A stretch of 64,000 nt of DNA from contig OZ251461.1 of NCBI GenBank assembly GCA_965242575.1, forward strand, positions 1,505,430-1,569,429. Direction: 5' to 3'. Below are positions 58,482-64,000 of this stretch, in pieces. The stretch's first letter is position 1. Each line of letters starts with the position of its first letter. Both the position numbers and the translations under genes were made by a program. This DNA comes from Alphaproteobacteria bacterium. Lineage in GTDB: Bacteria > Pseudomonadota > Alphaproteobacteria > UBA7887. The notes under the pieces are model-generated. The model worked only from the letters and a program-made list of their open reading frames with translations. It had not been told where the DNA came from and made no database searches.

Positions 58482-58871
58482 ATGGGTGACGGGCGCGCCG
58501 GGGCCGGCGGGCAGGCGGGGGCGAGGGAGACGGGGCCGGCGCTGGAGGCGCATTACCGCTTCCTGCTCTGGCTCGTCCCGGCCGTGGACGGCTTCCCGCG
58601 CCGCCAGAAGTTCCTGCTCGGCGACCGCATCCAGACCACCGCCCTCGACGTGCTCGAATCGCTCGTCGAGGCGACCTACACCCGCCAGCGCGGCGCGCAT
58701 CTCGGCCGCGCCAACCTGGGGGTGGAAAAATTGCGCCTCCTCTTCCGCCTCGCCCACGACCTGCGCTATCTCGACTCGCGGCGCTACGAGCACGCGGCGC
58801 GCAGCCTCGACGACACCGGACGGCGCATCGGCGCCTGGAGAAAGGCGCACCATGCCCGCGAAGGCGCATGA
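58482..58871 (+). CDS. avd: DGR accessory variability determinant (Avd, four-helix-bundle / S23-IVS family)
   Basis: LEAHYRFLLWLVPAVDGFPRRQKFLLGDRIQTTALDVLESLVEATY...LRLLFRLAHDLRYL. It lies immediately upstream of, and overlaps, the RT gene. Confidence 0.85.
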   Translation: MGDGRAGAGGQAGARETGPALEAHYRFLLWLVPAVDGFPRRQKFLLGDRIQTTALDVLESLVEATYTRQRGAHLGRANLGVEKLRLLFRLAHDLRYLDSRRYEHAARSLDDTGRRIGAWRKAHHAREGA

Positions 58872-60126
58872 CCTGTTCGGCGCCATCGCGTCGTTTCCCG
58901 CCCTGCGCGCCGCCGCCTTGCGCGCCGCGGCGGGCAAGCGCGCGAAGCCGGGGCCGGCGGCCTTCCTCGCCGGCCTCGAGACCGAGGTCCTGCGCCTGGA
59001 GCGCGAACTGGCGAGCGGGCGCTACCGGCCGGGGTGCTACGCGACCATCGAGGTCTTCGACCCGAAGCACCGCGTCGTCTCCGCCGCGCCGTTCCGCGAC
59101 CGCGTCGTCCACCATGCGCTGTGCGCCGTCGTCGAGCCGATCTTCGAGCGCGGATTCATCCACGACAGCTACGCCAACCGCGCGGGCAAGGGGACGCACC
59201 GCGCCATCGCGCGCTACGAACGCTTCCGCGACCGCTTCCGCCATGTCCTGCGGTGCGACGTATGGCGGTATTTTCCCGCCATCGACCACGAGATCCTCAA
59301 GCGCGGCCTGCGCCGGCGCATCGCCTGCCCGCGCACGCTGGCGCTCGCCGACCGCATCGTCGACGGCTCCAACCGGCAGGAGCCGGTCCTGCTGCATTAT
59401 CCGGGCGACGACCTGTTCACGCCGCAGCGCCGCCGGCGCGGGCTGCCGATCGGCAACCTCACCAGCCAGTTCTTTTCCAACCTGTATCTCGACGGCCTCG
59501 ACCACTTCTGCAAGGAGGTCCTGCGCGCGAAGGGCTACCTGCGCTACGTGGACGACTTCGCGCTGTTCGACGACGACCCGGCGCGGCTGGAGGACTGGCG
59601 GCGGCGGATCGGCCGCTTCCTCGAAGGCCGCCGCCTGCGCCTGCATCCGCGCAAGACCGGCATCGCCGAGACCCGCGCGCCGGCGGAATTCCTCGGCTTC
59701 GTGCTGGCGCCCGGCGGGCGGCGGCGCCTGCCGGAGGCGAACGTCCGCCGCTTCCGCGGCCGGCTGCGCGGCCTGCGCGACCGCTGGCGCGCCGGAACCG
59801 CGGACCGCGGCGAGATCGAACGCCGGGTGGGCGCATGGATCGCCCATGCCGAGCATGCCGACACCTGGCGCCTGCGCCAGGCGATCTTCCGGGGCGGGTG
59901 GTTCGACCCGTCGAACCCCCGGCCCGGGGGCCTGCCCGTCCCCCTGCCGTCGCGTTCTCCGCGGCGGGTCCTGGAACAACCAACCCAAGAACCTCCGCAC
60001 GGCGAACCGCAACAGGAACGACACCGGAAAACGGAACAACAACAACGGCTTTCGTTTGCTCCGTTCGGTCCGCACGCTCCGCTGCCGGAACCGCCGGCCT
60101 CAAGGGGCCGGCGGGCGCGCCGGTGA
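58852..60126 (+). CDS. DGR reverse transcriptase (3' end of the ORF reads through the TR)
   Basis: RT motifs SAAPFRDRVVHHAL, SYANRAGKGTH, LRCDVWRYFPAIDH, GLPIGNLTSQFFSNLYL (the DGR-typical xxxSQ) and YLRYVDDFALF. Confidence 0.9.
   Translation: MPAKAHDLFGAIASFPALRAAALRAAAGKRAKPGPAAFLAGLETEVLRLERELASGRYRPGCYATIEVFDPKHRVVSAAPFRDRVVHHALCAVVEPIFERGFIHDSYANRAGKGTHRAIARYERFRDRFRHVLRCDVWRYFPAIDHEILKRGLRRRIACPRTLALADRIVDGSNRQEPVLLHYPGDDLFTPQRRRRGLPIGNLTSQFFSNLYLDGLDHFCKEVLRAKGYLRYVDDFALFDDDPARLEDWRRRIGRFLEGRRLRLHPRKTGIAETRAPAEFLGFVLAPGGRRRLPEANVRRFRGRLRGLRDRWRAGTADRGEIERRVGAWIAHAEHADTWRLRQAIFRGGWFDPSNPRPGGLPVPLPSRSPRRVLEQPTQEPPHGEPQQERHRKTEQQQRLSFAPFGPHAPLPEPPASRGRRARR
59947..60079 (+). repeat. DGR template region (TR) plus IMH*-like 3' segment
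   Basis: It contains 32 adenines, mostly in AAC codons when read in the VR frame (translation VLRGGSWNNQPKNLRTANRNRNDTGKRNNNNGFRLLRSVRT). Confidence 0.95.
60091..60114 (+). other. Perfect 9-bp hairpin just 3' of the TR (candidate DGR RNA structural element)
   Basis: ccgccggcc-tcaagg-ggccggcgg. Confidence 0.5.
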
Positions 60127-60235
60127 GCGTCCAGGGACGGTCATGACGAGCGAAGGCCCGGCGCCCCGCTTGCCCCGCCGCCGCGCGGGGGCGGGGCGCC
60201 GGGCGATTCGCGGCGGCGCCCGAACGCCGCGCCGC

Positions 60236-61012
60236 CTACATCGCGGTGATGCCGCCGTCGACGACGAACTCGGCGCCGGTCATGTATCTCGACTCGTTCG
60301 AGGCGAGATAGACGACGGCCCAGGCGATGTCGTCGGGCGCGCCGAGGCGGCCCAGGGGCACCTGCCGCTCCAGCTTCGCCTTCACGGCGGCGGGGTTCGG
60401 CGCGTGGTCGATCATCGCGCGCACCATCGGCGTGTCGATGAAGGTCGGATGCACCGAATTGCAACGGATGTCGTAGCCCTTGCGGGCGCAATGCAGCGCC
60501 ACCGATTTGGTGAGCAGGCGCACCGCCCCCTTGCTGGCGTTGTAGGCGGCGAGGTTGTGGCCGCCGATGATCCCCGACACCGACGAGAGGTTGACGATCG
60601 AACCGCCCGCGCCGTCCTCGCGCGAGGTCCGCTTGATCGCCTCCACCCCGTATTTGCACCCCAGGAACACGCCGTCGGCGTTCACCGCCATAACCCGCCG
60701 CCAGTCCTCGAGCGAGGTCTCCTCGACCGTCCCCATCGTTCCGACCCCGGCCGAATTGACCACGACGTCGAGGCGCCCGAAGCGCTCCAGCGTCCGGGCG
60801 GTCGCGCGCTTCCACGCCGCCTCGTCGGTCACGTCGTGTTCGACGAAGACGACGCCGCCGCCGATCGCCGCCGCCGCGGCCCGGCCGCCCTCGGCGTTCA
60901 CGTCGGTTATCGCCACCCGCGCGCCTTCCCCGGCCATGCGCTCGGCGGAGCGCCGGCCGATGCCCGAGGCGCCGCCGGTGACCAGCGCGACCTTGCCCTT
61001 CAGCCGATCCAT
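60236..61012 (-). CDS. SDR-family oxidoreductase
   Basis: KVALVTGGASGIGR, NSAG and YNASKGAV (catalytic YxxxK). Confidence 0.9.
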   Translation of the reverse strand: MDRLKGKVALVTGGASGIGRRSAERMAGEGARVAITDVNAEGGRAAAAAIGGGVVFVEHDVTDEAAWKRATARTLERFGRLDVVVNSAGVGTMGTVEETSLEDWRRVMAVNADGVFLGCKYGVEAIKRTSREDGAGGSIVNLSSVSGIIGGHNLAAYNASKGAVRLLTKSVALHCARKGYDIRCNSVHPTFIDTPMVRAMIDHAPNPAAVKAKLERQVPLGRLGAPDDIAWAVVYLASNESRYMTGAEFVVDGGITAM

Positions 61013-61100
61013 CGCCAGACTCCCCCGCCCCGCGCCCGATGCGCGCGAACGATAGGCCGCGCGCCGGGCGCGTCAACCGGCGCGCGGCGAGGACGCCGCC

Positions 61101-61979
61101 ATGCCCGAAGTCTCCGCCGCCGACCCGCACCCGCGCAAGCGGATAGCCGCCGCCGATTCCGAGATCGCCTACGTCGACGCCGGCGCGGCGAGCGGGCGGC
61201 CGATCGTGTTCCTGCACGGCAACCCGACCTCGTCCTACCTGTGGCGCAACGTCATCCCGCACGCCGCCGGCCGCGGGCGCTGCCTGGCGCCGGACCTGGC
61301 CGGCATGGGCGAGTCGGGGCCGTCATCGACCGGCTACCGCTTCGCGGACCATGCGCGCTACCTGGACGCCTGGTTCGACGCGCTGGAGATCGACGGCGCG
61401 GTGCTCGTCGTCCACGACTGGGGCTCGGCGCTCGGCTTCCACTGGGCGCGGCGCAACCCCGGCCGCGTCGCCGGTATCGCCTATATGGAGGCGCTGGTCC
61501 GCCCGCTCACGTGGGACGAATGGCCGGCGCCGGCGCGCAAGTTCTTCCGGGCGCTGCGCTCCCCGGACGGCGAGAAGATGGTGCTGGAGCGCAACCTGTT
61601 CGTCGAGCGCCTGCTGCCGGCCTCGGTGATCCGCGGCCTCGGCGAGGCGGAGATGGCGGCCTATCGGCGGCCGTTCGCGGAGCCGGGAGAATCGCGCCGC
61701 CCGACGCTGACCTGGCCCCGGCAGATCCCCATCGGCGGCGAGCCGCCGGACGTCGTGGCGGCCGCCCGCGCCTGGGCCGCATGGTTGGCGGAGAGCGACG
61801 TCCCCAAACTGTTCGTCGACGCCGACCCCGGCACGATCCTGGTCGGCGCGCAGCGCGAGTTCTGCCGGGGCTGGCCCAACCAGACCGAGGTCAAGGTCGC
61901 CGGAACCCACTTCGTCCAGGAGGATTCGCCGGACGAGATCGGCGCGGCGCTGACGGCGTTCCTCGACCGGATCGGCTGA
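61101..61979 (+). CDS. Haloalkane dehalogenase-family alpha/beta hydrolase
   Basis: [33 protein letters not shown] and [14 protein letters not shown]. Confidence 0.85.
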   Translation: MPEVSAADPHPRKRIAAADSEIAYVDAGAASGRPIVFLHGNPTSSYLWRNVIPHAAGRGRCLAPDLAGMGESGPSSTGYRFADHARYLDAWFDALEIDGAVLVVHDWGSALGFHWARRNPGRVAGIAYMEALVRPLTWDEWPAPARKFFRALRSPDGEKMVLERNLFVERLLPASVIRGLGEAEMAAYRRPFAEPGESRRPTLTWPRQIPIGGEPPDVVAAARAWAAWLAESDVPKLFVDADPGTILVGAQREFCRGWPNQTEVKVAGTHFVQEDSPDEIGAALTAFLDRIG

Positions 61980-62075
61980 CCGCGCCCGTCGCGCCGCGGG
62001 CGGTTCGGGGCGCCTTGATGGACGGAGCGGTTCGGCGCTAAGGGTGGCGGCGACCGGCGGCGGAGGGGGCGGACG

Positions 62076-63827
62076 ATGCACGATCTGGCGATACGCGGCG
62101 GGACGGTGGTCGACGGGACGGGCGCGCCGCCGAGGCGCGCCGACGTGGCCGTCGACGGCGGGACGATCGCCGCCGTGGCGCCGAAACTCGGGCCGGCGCG
62201 GCGCGACGTCCCGGCCGAGGGGATGCTGGTCGCGCCGGGCTGGGTCGACATCCATACCCATTACGATGGGCAGGCGCTCTGGGACCCGGAGATGACGCCC
62301 TCGTCGTGGCACGGGGTGACGACGGCGGTGTTCGGCAATTGCGGCGTCGGCTTCGCGCCGGTGCGCCCCGGCAGCGAGACCTACTTGATAAACCTGATGG
62401 AGGGGGTGGAGGACATCCCCGAGGCGGTGCTCGCCGAGGGCCTCGAATTCCGCTGGGAGTCGTTCCCCGAATATCTCGACGCGCTCGCCGCGACGGCGCG
62501 GACGATGGACGTGGGCGCGCAGGTCCCGCACGGGCCGCTGCGCTTCTACGCCATGGGCGACCGCGGCGCCGACCACGCCGCGCGCCCGGACGCGGACGAA
62601 ATCGAACGCATGGGCGGGCTGCTGGAGGAGGCGCTCCGCGCCGGCGCGCTCGGCTTCACCACTTCGCGGACGTCGAAGCACCGGGCGGCGGACGGGCGGA
62701 TGACGCCCAGCCTCTCCGCCGACGAACCCGAGCTCGCCGGCCTCGCGCGCGCCATGCGGCGGGCGGGCCGCGGCGTGATCGAGGTCAATTCGGATTTCGG
62801 CCCCGGCGAGTTCGCGCTCATGCGCCAGATGGCGGAGGCGGCGGGCCGCCCGCTATCGGCGCTGCTGGTGCAGGTCGAGGGCGCGCCGGACCGGTGGGAG
62901 GAGACCCTCGCCGGAGTCGACCGCGCGGCCGCCGACGGCCTCGCCTGCACCGCGCAGGTCGGCTCGCGCGCGGTCGGCGTGCTGTTCGGCCTCCAGGCCT
63001 CCATGCATCCGTTCATGGGGCATCCGGCGTGGCGGAGCCTCGAGCGCCTGGACCATGCGGAGCGGGTTGCGCGGCTGCGGGCCGACCCCGACCTGCGCCG
63101 CCGCCTGGCCGCGCCGCCGCCCGGCGGCGCCGAAAGCGGCCACATGCTCGGCGGGCGCGACATGGCCGAGCTGATGACCCGGACCTGGGAGCTCGGCGAC
63201 CCGCCCTGCTACGAACCGGACCCGGCGGACAGCATCGCCGCGCGCGCCGCCGCCCGGGACCGCCATCCCTTCGCCCTGGCGCTCGACCTGCTGCTCGAGG
63301 ACGACGGGCGGAACATGCTGTATTACCCCGTCGAGAGTTACGTCCCGGGCGATCTCGGCGTCGTCCGCCGCATGCTGACGAACCCCAATTCGGTGTGCGG
63401 GGTGGCCGATGGCGGCGCGCATGTCGGGCTGATCTGCGACGCCAGTTCGCCGACCAGCCTGCTGACCCATTGGGGCCGCGACCGGACCCGCGGCCCGCGT
63501 CTGCCGCTGGAGCTCCTCGTCCACAAGCAGACCCTCGCCACCGCGCGGACCTACGGGCTCGGCGACCGCGGCGCGCTCGCGCCCGGCCTGCGCGCCGACG
63601 TCAACGTGATCGACCTCGAGAACCTGCGGCTGCGCCCGCCGCGAGTCGCCTTCGACTTGCCGGCGGGCGGCAAGCGGATCCTCCAGCGCGCCGACGGCTA
63701 CCGCCACACCTTCGTCGCCGGGGTGGAGACGATGCGCGGCGGCGAGGCGACCGGCGCGCGCCCCGGACGCCTTCTGCGCGGCGCGCGGCCGGCGCCGGCG
63801 AACCGCATGGAGGCCCGGGCGGCGTGA
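62076..63827 (+). CDS. N-acyl-D-amino-acid deacylase-family amidohydrolase
   Basis: IRGGTVVDGTG...APGWVDIHTHYDGQ...HGVTTAVFGNCGVGFAP. Confidence 0.8.
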   Translation: MHDLAIRGGTVVDGTGAPPRRADVAVDGGTIAAVAPKLGPARRDVPAEGMLVAPGWVDIHTHYDGQALWDPEMTPSSWHGVTTAVFGNCGVGFAPVRPGSETYLINLMEGVEDIPEAVLAEGLEFRWESFPEYLDALAATARTMDVGAQVPHGPLRFYAMGDRGADHAARPDADEIERMGGLLEEALRAGALGFTTSRTSKHRAADGRMTPSLSADEPELAGLARAMRRAGRGVIEVNSDFGPGEFALMRQMAEAAGRPLSALLVQVEGAPDRWEETLAGVDRAAADGLACTAQVGSRAVGVLFGLQASMHPFMGHPAWRSLERLDHAERVARLRADPDLRRRLAAPPPGGAESGHMLGGRDMAELMTRTWELGDPPCYEPDPADSIAARAAARDRHPFALALDLLLEDDGRNMLYYPVESYVPGDLGVVRRMLTNPNSVCGVADGGAHVGLICDASSPTSLLTHWGRDRTRGPRLPLELLVHKQTLATARTYGLGDRGALAPGLRADVNVIDLENLRLRPPRVAFDLPAGGKRILQRADGYRHTFVAGVETMRGGEATGARPGRLLRGARPAPANRMEARAA

Positions 63828-63866
63828 GGCGGGAGCGCGGCCCCCTGACTCATTCGACGGCGGCGC

Positions 63867-64000
63867 TCACTCGGACATGATCTGGCGCTTCGCCTCCGGC
63901 AGCAGGCGGTCCATCTCGGCGCGGATGGCGCGCGCGTCGACGGCGACTCCCTTGGCCTCGAAGTCCTTCTGGACCTTCTCCAGGACATCGTCGTCGCCGG
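63867..64000 (-). CDS. 3' end of an unidentified gene running off the window
   Basis: The reverse strand reads ...GDDDVLEKVQKDFEAKGVAVDARAIRAEMDRLLPEAKRQIMSE* with a stop at 63867-63869. No family recognised. Confidence 0.4.
   Translation of the reverse strand, partial: GDDDVLEKVQKDFEAKGVAVDARAIRAEMDRLLPEAKRQIMSE

Noticed and set aside
58868-62041. 1057-aa plus-strand ORF
   Set aside because: It is a frame artefact spanning the RT gene, the antisense of the SDR gene, and the dehalogenase gene. It is useful only because it happens to translate the TR in the VR frame (VLRGGSWNNQPKNLRTANRNRNDTGKRNNNNGFRLLRS).

Overview
High-GC chromosomal window that looks alphaproteobacterial (Irr, PhaR, ftsK-lolA synteny, CpaA, several TRAP transporters). 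Most of it is housekeeping or metabolic genes, interrupted by five accessory patches. I saw no rRNA, tRNA or CRISPR array. (1) 1-7109: a tightly coupled plus-strand operon of an Eco57I-like N6-adenine methyltransferase (frame broken at a G14 tract), an ImmA/IrrE peptidase, a DUF4411 PIN-like protein and a PLD-SNF2 helicase fusion. It looks like a restriction/defence module of non-canonical composition, and it ends beside a truncated rpmJ-like stub. (2) 28387-30167: a conspicuously AT-rich two-gene cassette (ABC/AAA_21-type ATPase plus a small TOPRIM-like protein). It sits exactly in the ATGA stop/start overlap of caiB and gloB, is flanked by a 7-bp direct repeat and carries no mobility gene. 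(3) 32062-33747: a solitary NERD-SF1 helicase gene. (4) 37.0-42.2 kb: an IS-bounded region of decayed genes. It holds an IS5-family element with an A_AAA_AAG frameshift, an incomplete methyltransferase, a B3-like endonuclease remnant, a deleted IS1380, an intact IS630 and a decayed higBA pair. (5) 56755-60126: a complete diversity-generating retroelement (FGE/C-lectin target, Avd, RT, TR). The VR differs from the TR at 16 positions, all of them TR adenines, and one of those changes has created an in-frame TAG in the target gene. All product calls come from motif and sequence recognition by eye. No database search was run.
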